Part shown: positions 38,553 to 48,221 of the stretch, in pieces
How the letters are laid out: each line of letters opens with the position of its first letter
Position numbering within the stretch: position 1 is the stretch's first letter
Origin: Fimbriimonadales bacterium
GTDB lineage: Bacteria > Armatimonadota > Fimbriimonadia > Fimbriimonadales > ATM1
Direction of reading: 5' to 3'
Assembly (NCBI GenBank): GCA_051003155.1
Contig: JBPCLO010000009.1
Location: 1-48,635 of the forward strand
DNA length: 48,635 nucleotides
The notes under the pieces: model-generated
What the model was told of the DNA's origin: nothing
What the model saw: the letters and a program-made list of their open reading frames with translations, nothing else
Databases searched by the model: none
Translations under genes and position numbers: made by a program

Positions 38553-39045
38553 CTCCCTCGCTACTCTTTTGCTTGGGTGCGGGACGACGGGCCCGCCTAA
38601 GCTCCAGCTTAGCGTCGACCGTACGACGGTCGAAGGCGGAATAGTTGCGCCGTTTCGACAACAACAACGCAAGATAAAGTTCCACTTTGATGTCGCTTTG
38701 AAGAACAATGGCCGGCGCTCGGCCGTAATCTGCATGAACTTGGTCCACTTTTATAACGTCATTGCCCAGGTTGACGGCAAGGATATCGACGTCTTCCATA
38801 GCACCGATTTTGCCCCACATGGCTTGGAAGATACTAGAGAGAAACTTGGCCCTGGCAGGGTATTGACGGCATCGATCGACGTCGGTTGGTTTCTGAAGGA
38901 TGATCCCCATGGTAAAGCGAAATTGACGATTGTTTACGAGTGCGATCCCAAAAATGAAGACAATTTTCCAGAGCACTCCAATGCGTGGAAGGGACGTGTT
39001 CGTAGCGAGGCCGTATCGATTTGGCTTTTGGGTAAGAGCGATTAA
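38521..39045 (+). CDS. Lipoprotein, candidate immunity protein
   Basis: Lipobox LLLGC and an Ig-like beta pattern (VALKNNG...LGPG). Overlaps the toxin end. Exact start uncertain (38497/38521/38530). Confidence 0.7.
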   Translation: MLDLVRALLLSSLATLLLGCGTTGPPKLQLSVDRTTVEGGIVAPFRQQQRKIKFHFDVALKNNGRRSAVICMNLVHFYNVIAQVDGKDIDVFHSTDFAPHGLEDTREKLGPGRVLTASIDVGWFLKDDPHGKAKLTIVYECDPKNEDNFPEHSNAWKGRVRSEAVSIWLLGKSD

Positions 39046-39047
39046 GC

Positions 39048-39224
39048 CAGCTGACGCAGATGAAGCTTACGTTGCGAACGCAGGGCGCGAAAACCTGGGA
39101 CTACGCATATCTGGACGACGGCGAACTTGACACCGTCACCAACCCCGACACAGAGGTCACGGATCACCAGTACCTGGACGATAGCCGCCTAAAGAAGATC
39201 ATGCTAAGCACCGGCTCGACGTGA
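39048..39224 (+). pseudogene. RHS/YD-repeat fragment
   Basis: Reads QLTQMKL...KTWDYAYLDDGELDTVTNPDTEVTDHQYLDDSRLKKI, has no start, and ends next to an IS end. Confidence 0.65.
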
Positions 39225-39231
39225 ACTCTTC

Positions 39232-39470
39232 TGCCCTGCTCCCCGAAAACTGGACTCCTCAAAGTTAGTCTGGCCGTCTCTTTTCCAAGGAGGCCAACAA
39301 AATGAAAAAGACGTTCACGAACGAACAGATTGTGTCTGCCTTGCGGCAGGCGGAGGGCGGTATTCCCGGTGTCGAGGTATGCCGGCAGATGGGGATCACG
39401 GAGCAGACGTTCTACCGATGGAAGCGTAAGTTCGCGGGGATGGGGATCGCCGAGCTGGCCCGTCTGCGTC
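39232..39470 (+). mobile_element. IS3-family fragment (left end + truncated orfA from 39302)
   Basis: TGCCCTGCTCCCCGAAAA terminus and MKKTFTNEQI...GITEQTFYRWKRKF. Homology is lost after RLRQ. Confidence 0.8.
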
Positions 39471-39659
39471 AGGGAGGTGGGATGCGCGAAAGCTTCTATG
39501 GATAGGAATGTTTGTCGCATTGCTTTCGATGCTAGCCTTCACCACGGCACAAGGAGCCCGGAAGCGGTCTGGAAAGTCAAAGACAAATAGGAAGATGACG
39601 GAGCCGTGTCAGGGCCCAAACCGATTTGAACCCGGCTTAATGATGGAACCTGAATCAAT

Positions 39660-39682
39660 GGGCCCTTCGCTATGAAGGGCCC
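39660..39682 (-). terminator. Hairpin downstream of 39693..40277
   Basis: GGGCCCTTC-GCTAT-GAAGGGCCC with a weak U-tract. Confidence 0.4.
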
Positions 39683-39692
39683 CATGGAAACG

Positions 39693-40277
39693 TCAGCTGG
39701 CATGAGCTTTCATACCAATGATCAGAGCCGCCACTTTTCCAGCAACCGTCCGCTCAATCAGCTCATCAACGGTCGGATTGTGGCTGGCGAAGGTCGGCAG
39801 CTTGTCTGGTGCTCGCCGCGATACCGCCAGGTCGGTCGTCGGGTCCCACCGGTAGCGCCAGAGCCGGGCCGCCCGAAACGGTTCGTGACTCAAGTCCTGC
39901 CCGAGGTGGAAGCGAATGCCACCGGAGAGAACAACGATTCTCGGCGAGCCCCAGCGCAGCGGCACTACCGCCGCTCGCCGATGGGCGAAGTTGTGAACCC
40001 CGCAAACCAGAATCTTGCTGTCGAGAACCAGTCGCTCGGCTTCTCTTTCGATTTCTGAGAGCTGTTCAGGCGTCTGACCGGCTGGTCCTAAGGCACCCTG
40101 AACGAAGGCGAGCTGGCCGTTCAACAACTCCAGGTTGCCGTGCAACCAGAGTCGGGCGGCCGAGCAGAAGACCGGCTCGAGGGAGCAGTGAGCCAAACCT
40201 TTCTGGATGAGAAAGTGCGAATCAAACATGTCAAGCCTCCGAGGTACGCGGAGCGGTCTAAGACCGTCCTGTCTCAC
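39693..40277 (-). CDS. Hypothetical protein, tentatively DprA/Smf (SLOG)-like
   Basis: LWLHGNLELL...ILVCG...RIVVLSGG pattern. The start may be the internal Met of MFDSHF. Confidence 0.5.
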   Translation of the reverse strand: MRQDGLRPLRVPRRLDMFDSHFLIQKGLAHCSLEPVFCSAARLWLHGNLELLNGQLAFVQGALGPAGQTPEQLSEIEREAERLVLDSKILVCGVHNFAHRRAAVVPLRWGSPRIVVLSGGIRFHLGQDLSHEPFRAARLWRYRWDPTTDLAVSRRAPDKLPTFASHNPTVDELIERTVAGKVAALIIGMKAHAS

Positions 40278-40349
40278 TCGAAGGTAGGCGAGCCCGAGTC
40301 AGCGAGCAAAAAACGAAGCCGGGTGGCATCACTACTGATAGATTGGAGA

Positions 40350-40378
40350 TTGACCATTCCATCGGCCCGTGATATAAA
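40350..40378 (+). promoter_or_regulatory. Sigma70-type promoter TTGACC-N17-TATAAA
   Basis: Near-consensus hexamers with 17-nt spacing upstream of the NYN gene. Confidence 0.6.
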
Positions 40379-40393
40379 TGGAGTCAATAAACG

Positions 40394-40431
40394 CCCTGCC
40401 CAGCCCTTGCGGTCCGGCAGGGTTTTTGTTT
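40394..40431 (+). terminator. Terminator-like hairpin in the NYN leader
   Basis: CCCTGCC-N15-GGCAGGG followed by TTTTTGTTT. Confidence 0.65.
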
Positions 40432-40441
40432 AGCTGCGGAT

Positions 40442-41035
40442 ATCAGCAAGACGATTCTCTTTATCGACGGGCAGAACTTTCTCAAGCTGGCGGCTGCCAG
40501 CCTCTTTCCCGAAGACAAGAGTCGCCACCAGTTCGACGGCTTGGCACTCGACTACAACAGACTGTTCGCCAGTGCCCTTGAAGACGTCAAGCTCGACAAG
40601 CAATGGTTCTATTCGGCTAAGATTCGCCGTCATCCGGATTCGATGAAGAAGTCTGATGAATTAGTCGAATCACAGCGAAAGCTCAAGACTTACCTTGAGG
40701 AAAATGGGTTTGAAACGATTATCGGCGGATCCGTCAGAGGTAATTACAGTCTGAGCCCGCGCGGAAAGCGGGTCCTTATCTTTAAGGAAAAGGGAGTCGA
40801 TGTTCGGATCGCTGTCGATGCCGTGTCGCTCGCCTGTGACGGCGAACTGAAGCACGCTGTAATTTGTAGTTCTGATTCCGATCTTCAGCCAGCCATCGAT
40901 CAACTCAAGAAAAGAGGCGTCAGCGTCACGTACATCGGCTTTGAGTCTTTCCAGAATCGCGGTTTGACCTACACCTGCCATCGGACCATTCTGCTTCGTG
41001 ATGCCGAGCTTCGAAAATACTACAACGGGGTCTGA
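40442..41035 (+). CDS. NYN (PIN-like) domain ribonuclease; no canonical start codon
   Basis: In-frame TILFIDGQN upstream of the tracked ORF, plus EKGVDVRIAVD and ICSSDSDLQP. The only plausible start is ATC at 40442, with an in-frame TAA at 40388. Confidence 0.8.
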   Translation: MSKTILFIDGQNFLKLAAASLFPEDKSRHQFDGLALDYNRLFASALEDVKLDKQWFYSAKIRRHPDSMKKSDELVESQRKLKTYLEENGFETIIGGSVRGNYSLSPRGKRVLIFKEKGVDVRIAVDAVSLACDGELKHAVICSSDSDLQPAIDQLKKRGVSVTYIGFESFQNRGLTYTCHRTILLRDAELRKYYNGV

Positions 41036-41244
41036 CGTGCCGAAGATTCAGCTTCGCAGGGCGTTTTCTTTACCTTCAGCGAGTGGTCGAGCGAGCTTCG
41101 CTTTTTGCGCTAGTGGGCTAAACGCTTATGACTACAGGGCATCATGCGGGTAGATGCCGGCAGCGGCCTTCGCTTGCATCGCCTGACTTGCCAGGCGGCC
41201 GGTCTGGACAAGATAGTCTTTCTTGTACTGTTCGAGTGAAGGTG

Positions 41245-41810
41245 TGCCCTGCCCCCCAAAAAATGACCACCCCTGAGTTTAAGTTTTTCGTCTCCCACTA
41301 AGGAGACAGCATTGAACAAAGGAAATCGTTACACGGGGGACCAAATCATCAAGGTCCTAAAGGAAATCGAGGGCGGCGCAACCGTCGCCGGCGTCGCCCG
41401 CTCCCACGGGATCTCGGAGCAAACGCTTTACCGTTGGCGCGAGCGCTATGGCGGGATGACCAAGTCGGAACTGGCCGAGCTTAGGGCCTTGCAGGTGGAG
41501 AACCGCCGCTTGAAGGCGATCGTGACCAGCCAGGCGCTGGACATCGAGGCGTACAAGGAGATTCAGAAGGGAAAATGGTGAGCCCCGCCGCACGCAAGAG
41601 CGTTTGCGCGAGCCTTCTGAAAGCGGGGTGCTCTCGGGTTCGCGCCTGCCGGGTGGCAAGGCTTTCGCGTCCGGCCAGCCGCGCTAAGAAGAGGGATTGC
41701 AACCCTGAGCTTCGAGCAAGGGTGTTGGAGCTTGCCAAGAAGTATCCGCGTTTCGGGTTTCGCAGAATCCATCTCTTGCTGCCCGGGGTGAACCGCAAAG
41801 CGGTGCACCG
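41245..41810 (+). mobile_element. IS3-family element, truncated (orfA 41312..41581 and start of orfB)
   Basis: TGCCCTGCCCCCCAAAAAA end, HTH orfA, and orfB YPRFGFRRI...VNRKAVHR, then fused to an inverted IS. Confidence 0.85.
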
Positions 41811-42180
41811 GTGGTGCGCGACCGTTCGGCGCGTGGCGGAACTCACCATTTTCCCTTCTGAATCTCCTTGTAGGCCGCGTTGTCCAGGCTCAGCTCCGCC
41901 ACCAGATGCCGCAGCCGACGATTCTCATCTTGGAGAGCTCTGAGTTGGGTCAAGTCGCTCTTGCTCATGCCCGCGTACTTCTCACGCCACTTGTAGATCG
42001 TCTGGTCGCTGATGCCGCCAGCCCTCGATACCGAGGCGATGCTCGCACCCGCGTCGATTTCGCCGAGAACCTTGACGATCTGTTCTTCCGAATATCGTTT
42101 CCTTCCTGTCATGTCTGTCCTCCTATTTCTGGAGCAGAATCCTATATTCCAGGGGTGGAAACTCTAAGGGGAACCTGTCA
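41811..42180 (-). mobile_element. IS3-family element, truncated, inverted (orfA 41843..42112)
   Basis: TGACAGGTTCCCC end at 42180. orfA ends YKEIQKGKW like its neighbour; only ~13 codons of orfB remain. Confidence 0.85.
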
Positions 42181-42375
42181 CACGAGGGAACGCGCGAGAA
42201 CCCCGCCGTGAGAAGATGGGGCATGGCACCCTGCCTACTGTGAAAAAGATATTCCAATAATCTAGTAATGCTACCAGTAGGAGTCTTTACTGGCAGCTTG
42301 AATCACCTATACGATTAGCGTTGTGCGAGCACAAGATGGCTCCTTTTCCTGTGCCTTTTAAGGAAGGAGATAACG

Positions 42376-45300
42376 ATGACTAGCTCTAATTGTGTTTTCC
42401 GTTTCCGCGCGGTGGCCTGCAGTAGCTTGCTGTTGTATCAAGCCATGTCACCAGTCTGGGCAACACTTGAGTTCTCTCGCCCCACCACCAAGATATCAGA
42501 ACCAAGCGTTGGCAAGGGCATGCCAAGAATGCAAGTCGGAATACCCGCGCCACCATCGAATAAGCCCGTGGATGAAATTGGACCGATGGGCCAAACGCTA
42601 CTAGATGAAGTTGGCAAAATACACGATCACCCGGATGCAAGAAACCGATCTAAGTGGCGATCAGAACTCTTGTCTCAGCCGGGCTCTGACCGGTCAGCGC
42701 TTCTGCAAATATGGCTCGGCGAACTCGACCTAGCCGTCGATGAAGAACCACTCAAAGCGATTGAGCGTTTTCGGGAAGCAGCAAAGCTTGCTGGAGACAA
42801 CTTCGAGCTCAAGGGGCTAGCAGCGTACGATACTGCGATCGCTCTTTTTTATGCCGGTGAGTATGGCAACTCCAGAGATTCGTTTTATGAACTGCTTCGC
42901 GGAAAGTTAGCGGGCTTCAACCGCCGTGCTTGTAGTCTCTTTGCCCGGCACGCGGCGGGGTGCGCCAGCATCCATGAACGAAATGCAGCGCTCGGCATTA
43001 CCCAGCCGGAGCGACTCGACCCCCTATGCGGTGCGGCAACCTTGGCGATATGCCTAAAGGAGCTTGGCTTACCCTATGATAAGAAGCGCCTCTCAATGGC
43101 AGTACGGCATACAGGTATGGGCAGTAATATGCACGATATCGCCGTCGGAGCTCGCAAGTTAGGGGTAGCTGCCCATGCCGTTCGAGCAACCGATGCCGCT
43201 CTCAAGGTGCTTCCGAAACCGCTTATTGCTCACGTCGAGCACGACCATTTTATCACGGTAACGAAGGTTGACGATTCTTCGGTTACATATTACTGTTCTG
43301 ACTGTGGGGCATGGCCCGGTGGTGAACGGAAGCTGACATGGAAGCAGTGGGCCGCAATGGAAGCCGATGGCTTCCTTTGCATTGTCAAAAAGAATACGGC
43401 AGAGGATATCGCTCTAGAGCAGCTGCGATCAACGGCCGTGGGCCCCACCATTCCCTTCAAAGTTTACCGTCCATTGGGTGATGATACGGCGACCGCGCTG
43501 AAAGCACAGGTCCTGCTCAACTCGCTCATACGCGCTAACGTCACAACATTATTATCGTATATTGCGCTCATCTGCGGAAACAAGCCCCAAAGCCTTCATT
43601 GCTCGCCTTGCTGGCCGTATTGCTTGCTCGACGCGGGCCCGACCGCCACGGGCGACCCCGTCAATCTCGCAACCGGCGAGGAGGAGTACGAGCCCGAACC
43701 GGATCTGGTTGTGTACAACCCTATTGGGCCATCCGTCATTTGGAAGCGAATGTACTATAGCCTAGGCGACACAACGCCGAATGGATTCGGCCTGTCGTGG
43801 AGTCACCCATATAACATTCACATTTTAGACAACGAGGATACGCACAATCCGCCAGAAGGCGAGTTCATGGGTCCGCTCGATCCTATCAATTGGTTGATTC
43901 TTCCAAACTCGTCGCGGATTGGCTTCACAATGCCTGACAATGTCCTGCCGGACGCACAGAATCCATCTATCCGCGGAACGTTGCTTGAGAACGGCCACGC
44001 CTACATTGTGGACTGGAAATTCAGCGCCACAGACAACTCGACCTACTACGCGGTCACTCTCCCAGATCGAACGGTATGGTCAACTCAGACCCGCGCAGCA
44101 TCGGGCACCAATCGTCTGTTTGTAAATAAGATCACGAACAGGACGGGCCAATACATAACGCTCAATTGGAGCAACTATACGAAGACGGAACCCGGTTGGT
44201 CGCAAACCGACAAGGGATTATCCACAATTAAGGATTCGGACAACGTCTCCCTTTTGACCTTGGGGTACGACAGTCAAGGTCGATTCATATCCGCGTCCGA
44301 CAGGTATAGCCGTAGCGTTTACTATGCATCGACTCGATACGCCAATGGTGGAATGAACGGCAATCCGCCGCCCGTTAGTGATGAATTGACCACGGTCTCG
44401 CAGGTGGTTCTTACAGGCGCCCTCAATCCCCCGGTGCGCAATTCGTACACTTACGAAAACTTAACCAACAGACACACCACGCAGACCGTTCCATATCTGA
44501 AAACTATCTCGGTACCGTCGCCCACCGGCACGGGTATGTCGACGGCAACCATCAACTACAGCACGCAGACGGGATATGTCACGTCGACGGTCGATGCTAA
44601 TGGCAACCAGCGAATTTACGAGGCACCTGACCCTAACAAGACCAAGGTTGTCATCAAAGATTCGTTGAATACGGTCGTACACCAGTATTCGGCTGAGTTC
44701 AACTCAAACATGGCGGCCTCAAAGCGGTTCGATGCGGCCGACAGACTGCTCGTTGAGTATGTATATTCTGATCCCAACACTCAGTATTACCCGTCGTCGA
44801 TTACAGCGTATCCGGACCCAATCGTCGATCCCGACGGCATAACCAAAAGCTTCACATGGGACGTGTACAACCAGCTGGTAACAAGCACGAGCCCCAAAGG
44901 AACGACGACGACGTATACCAGAAATTACACGTCTTTCCCATTCGGCGAAGTCACCGCCGTGCAGGAGGGCACGAAGACGTCCACTACGTTCGAGTACTAC
45001 GCTGGCTCGGGTCTTCTCTGGAAAGTGAACACTCCGATACCTGGGCAAGTGGGTACTGGCAATCGACAAACCACAACCTATACATATAACTCATTCGGTG
45101 ATGTCCTTTCCATTACTTCCCCGGGGAACAATGCGACCCTTTCCAGAACGATTACATTCAACTATACGACGGACGGCCTATACAGCCAGCCCCAACGCGT
45201 GGGCCAGCCGATCAAGTACACGAATGAACTCGGCAAGGTAACGCACTTCCGGTACGACACGAGAGGAAACATAAACTCTACTTGGGATCATCTCGGCTAC

Positions 45301-47583
45301 ACGACATCCGCTCTCTATAACCTTGCAAATCAACCGACGAGCATTACTTTGCCGGCGACGGGTTCCAGCGGTGCCGGAAATGCGAAACAGAACACAATCT
45401 ACCAGTACCCCGGGGGTCCGACATCGGCTGTTCATGCGTACAACGAAAGCAACGTTCTATTTCGCACGGTTTCGTTCGGATATGGTAATGAAGGAGAGCT
45501 TCTTACTCGAGCTGGCGCTACTGAACCGGTGACCCTCGAATATGACGCCGCATACCGGATCAAAACGCTGAAGGACGGCAGGAATAACTCTACAACCTAC
45601 GGCTACAACAGCGCAGGTAATCTGGATCTTATCACCTATCCCGGTTCGCAGACCGTTCAATATCCGAGTTACGACCGGGTGGGCAATGTATTGCAGCGTA
45701 TTGATGGTAACGGCGTTACGACGAACTACATCTACGCTGACGGTGATGGACAACTGTCGGACGTGCAATATCCCGCAACCCCGACACAAAACGTTCAACT
45801 AACCTACGACAATTACGGCCGAATGACGTCGATGACCGATGGTACGGGGGCACACGGCCATACATATGATGATCTCGATCTCGCAAGTAGCTTCACCACA
45901 ACCTACACCGGTTTAGCTGCGAAGACGCTCAACTACTCCTATCACGCAGACGGCAGTCGCAGCGCCATGACTACACCGGGTGGCAACTTCACATATAACT
46001 ACAACTCTGCCGGCAGGCTAATGAATATGCCATCGCCCGCGGGCACGGCGTCTTGGACCTACCTCGATAATAATTGGCTTTCTACGAGGACGCTTCCAAA
46101 CGGATCGTGGACGCAATACCTGTATAACCCGGTGGGAATGCTAACGTCTCTGACGAACAAGACTTCGGGTGGATCGACGCTTTCCGCTTACTCGAGTTTT
46201 GGTTACGACGGCGTTTTTAACTTGACCGGCCTCACATCGAGTGTTCCGGGAGCGCCGAGCCAGGGTGGGACCCAAACGTTCGGCTACGACACAAAGGACC
46301 GCTTGACCGGTGATTCGAGCACGCGCAACGGCGGGTATGGGTTTGCATTTGCGTACGACGACTCGTTCAACCCGACGACTTGGAAGAACAGTTCCGGTCT
46401 GACCTACAACTCGAACAACCAGCAGAATGCCGGGAACCTCGCGTATGATAACAACGGCAACCCGACGAACTATTTCGGCACGATGTGCGCGTTCGATCCC
46501 GAGAACCGGATGACAAGTTTTGGGGCCGCGATGAGCGCGGGTTACCGAGGGGATGGGCTCAGGGCGTGGAAACAGGTGGGGGCGAACCGCACCTATTTCC
46601 TTTACGACGGGATAGTTCCAGTGATCGAGATGAACGCTTCTGGGACGGTGACGGCGACGAACGTTTTCGGGGACGACGGGCTCGTGGCGCGTCAGAGCGG
46701 CGGCTCGTGGACCCACTACGCCTTCGACCAGCAAGGCAATGTCGCGCAAAGGCTCAGCGCCTCGCAGTCCGTCACGTCGTCGTCCACCTACGACGCCTAC
46801 GGCGCCGAGACAATCACGGGCTCCTCCACCGACCCTTACGGCTACAACGCCCGATGGGGATATTACTTCGACCGGGAGATCGGCCTCTACAAATGCACCT
46901 TCCGCGATTACGACCCCACGCGTGGCAGGTGGTTGACGCGGGACCCGATTGGGTACGCGGGTGCGGTGAATCTGTACGGCTACTGTATTGGTAACCCAAC
47001 GTTTTGGATGGACCCGCTAGGATTTGGCATTTGGGGAACGGTCGGGGGCGTGGTCGGCGGGTTGGTAGGGGGAATTGGCGGCAGTCTCTTGGGACCTGGA
47101 GGTGCTGCTGCCGGGGCAGGTCTAGGGGCTGGCCTGGGGCGCTTCCTAGGTGGTTTAGCCGATGGCGAAAAGCCCGCAGACGCGGCTACGGCTGGCGCAA
47201 TTGATGGCGCATTGGCCGCCGGTGGCGGATTTATTGCTAGCAAGTGCTTCTCACTACTAAGGGCCGCTCGAAATGGTAAAGCCGCAGGGAAGGGTCTGGA
47301 AGCCGCCGACGACATCTATTTGCGCAAAGGGACCGGCACCCCACGTGGCTCGAACATGGCACCCCAGGATCCGTCATCTGCTCCTGCAACTATTAACGGC
47401 CGGCCTTATTCGGGCCATGCCGTGGGCAGACTTGGGAGTAGACGAATACCCCCTTCAGCGGTGGACGATACGATCCTTAATGGGACGCAACGTGCTGGGC
47501 GAGGAGGCGAGATTATTTTCTCCGGACCGAACGGCACCGTAGTGGTCGACCCTGGCACCGGCACTGTGATCACGATATATTGA
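42376..47583 (+). CDS. RHS toxin with signal-like N-terminus, TPR, C39 peptidase domain and C-terminal BECR-type (DUF4258/CdiA-CT-like) RNase tip
   Basis: AGGAG RBS; LCGAATL...HDHFITV (C39); GDPVNLATG; YD repeats; RDYDPTRGRWLTRDPIG...DPLG; glycine zipper; INGRPYSGHA...PSAV...GTVITIY. Confidence 0.88.
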   Translation: MTSSNCVFRFRAVACSSLLLYQAMSPVWATLEFSRPTTKISEPSVGKGMPRMQVGIPAPPSNKPVDEIGPMGQTLLDEVGKIHDHPDARNRSKWRSELLSQPGSDRSALLQIWLGELDLAVDEEPLKAIERFREAAKLAGDNFELKGLAAYDTAIALFYAGEYGNSRDSFYELLRGKLAGFNRRACSLFARHAAGCASIHERNAALGITQPERLDPLCGAATLAICLKELGLPYDKKRLSMAVRHTGMGSNMHDIAVGARKLGVAAHAVRATDAALKVLPKPLIAHVEHDHFITVTKVDDSSVTYYCSDCGAWPGGERKLTWKQWAAMEADGFLCIVKKNTAEDIALEQLRSTAVGPTIPFKVYRPLGDDTATALKAQVLLNSLIRANVTTLLSYIALICGNKPQSLHCSPCWPYCLLDAGPTATGDPVNLATGEEEYEPEPDLVVYNPIGPSVIWKRMYYSLGDTTPNGFGLSWSHPYNIHILDNEDTHNPPEGEFMGPLDPINWLILPNSSRIGFTMPDNVLPDAQNPSIRGTLLENGHAYIVDWKFSATDNSTYYAVTLPDRTVWSTQTRAASGTNRLFVNKITNRTGQYITLNWSNYTKTEPGWSQTDKGLSTIKDSDNVSLLTLGYDSQGRFISASDRYSRSVYYASTRYANGGMNGNPPPVSDELTTVSQVVLTGALNPPVRNSYTYENLTNRHTTQTVPYLKTISVPSPTGTGMSTATINYSTQTGYVTSTVDANGNQRIYEAPDPNKTKVVIKDSLNTVVHQYSAEFNSNMAASKRFDAADRLLVEYVYSDPNTQYYPSSITAYPDPIVDPDGITKSFTWDVYNQLVTSTSPKGTTTTYTRNYTSFPFGEVTAVQEGTKTSTTFEYYAGSGLLWKVNTPIPGQVGTGNRQTTTYTYNSFGDVLSITSPGNNATLSRTITFNYTTDGLYSQPQRVGQPIKYTNELGKVTHFRYDTRGNINSTWDHLGYTTSALYNLANQPTSITLPATGSSGAGNAKQNTIYQYPGGPTSAVHAYNESNVLFRTVSFGYGNEGELLTRAGATEPVTLEYDAAYRIKTLKDGRNNSTTYGYNSAGNLDLITYPGSQTVQYPSYDRVGNVLQRIDGNGVTTNYIYADGDGQLSDVQYPATPTQNVQLTYDNYGRMTSMTDGTGAHGHTYDDLDLASSFTTTYTGLAAKTLNYSYHADGSRSAMTTPGGNFTYNYNSAGRLMNMPSPAGTASWTYLDNNWLSTRTLPNGSWTQYLYNPVGMLTSLTNKTSGGSTLSAYSSFGYDGVFNLTGLTSSVPGAPSQGGTQTFGYDTKDRLTGDSSTRNGGYGFAFAYDDSFNPTTWKNSSGLTYNSNNQQNAGNLAYDNNGNPTNYFGTMCAFDPENRMTSFGAAMSAGYRGDGLRAWKQVGANRTYFLYDGIVPVIEMNASGTVTATNVFGDDGLVARQSGGSWTHYAFDQQGNVAQRLSASQSVTSSSTYDAYGAETITGSSTDPYGYNARWGYYFDREIGLYKCTFRDYDPTRGRWLTRDPIGYAGAVNLYGYCIGNPTFWMDPLGFGIWGTVGGVVGGLVGGIGGSLLGPGGAAAGAGLGAGLGRFLGGLADGEKPADAATAGAIDGALAAGGGFIASKCFSLLRAARNGKAAGKGLEAADDIYLRKGTGTPRGSNMAPQDPSSAPATINGRPYSGHAVGRLGSRRIPPSAVDDTILNGTQRAGRGGEIIFSGPNGTVVVDPGTGTVITIY

Positions 47584-47601
47584 ACATGTCGAGTGTGTGC
47601 G

Positions 47602-48015
47602 ATGAATGAAGTTAATCTTATGGGTTTCGATGGCGAACTAACACTAGGTTTCGAAGTCTTGCCTTCGCCCAGCGAGCCCTGTCTCATTAGAATCGAAGTT
47701 CAAGCGCAGGATTATCGTGGGGCCGGCCAACTGGTCGCCACGGCAGCCGAAGCCAGCGAGTTCATGTGGGAATTAGAGTCGGCGCTGACTGCGCTTACCG
47801 GAACCGTCCAACTCACTTCGCTCGAAGGTGCAAGTTTTGTAACTTTTACATTTGGAAACATGGGACGCGTTCACGTTGCAGGTAGAATTGGGACTCCGAA
47901 TGCGGCTGAGACACATCTTCATTTCTCATTTGATACTGATCAGTCCTACTTCCCCACATTCTTCGCACGTCTAAGTGAATTGTTGGTCCAGGGAACAAGA
48001 GGGTCTTTAGCGTAA
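47602..48015 (+). CDS. Immunity protein, WapI-like
   Basis: Directly follows the toxin; GRVHVAG...LHFSFDTDQSY pattern. Confidence 0.7.
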   Translation: MNEVNLMGFDGELTLGFEVLPSPSEPCLIRIEVQAQDYRGAGQLVATAAEASEFMWELESALTALTGTVQLTSLEGASFVTFTFGNMGRVHVAGRIGTPNAAETHLHFSFDTDQSYFPTFFARLSELLVQGTRGSLA

Positions 48016-48221
48016 GCCATTACTGTTTCCAAGGGAACGGCGGTGTCGAGGGGCAGCTATTTCCGGGCTCAGATCCGGCCAGACAGCCGAGCATATGCCC
48101 CAGATGGAATTGCCGCACGGGTAAGCCCCGATATCGTCCCGTGGTTGAAAGTTTCGATGAACACCCTGCCCGTCGGCAGTGATCGGTTAGGTCTTCTCGT
48201 CATCCTTGTCATTTTTGCCCC

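Noticed and set aside
48016..48221. ORF 48043..48435 and the sequence before the last IS
   Set aside because: The ORF crosses the IS end and nothing in it is recognisable.
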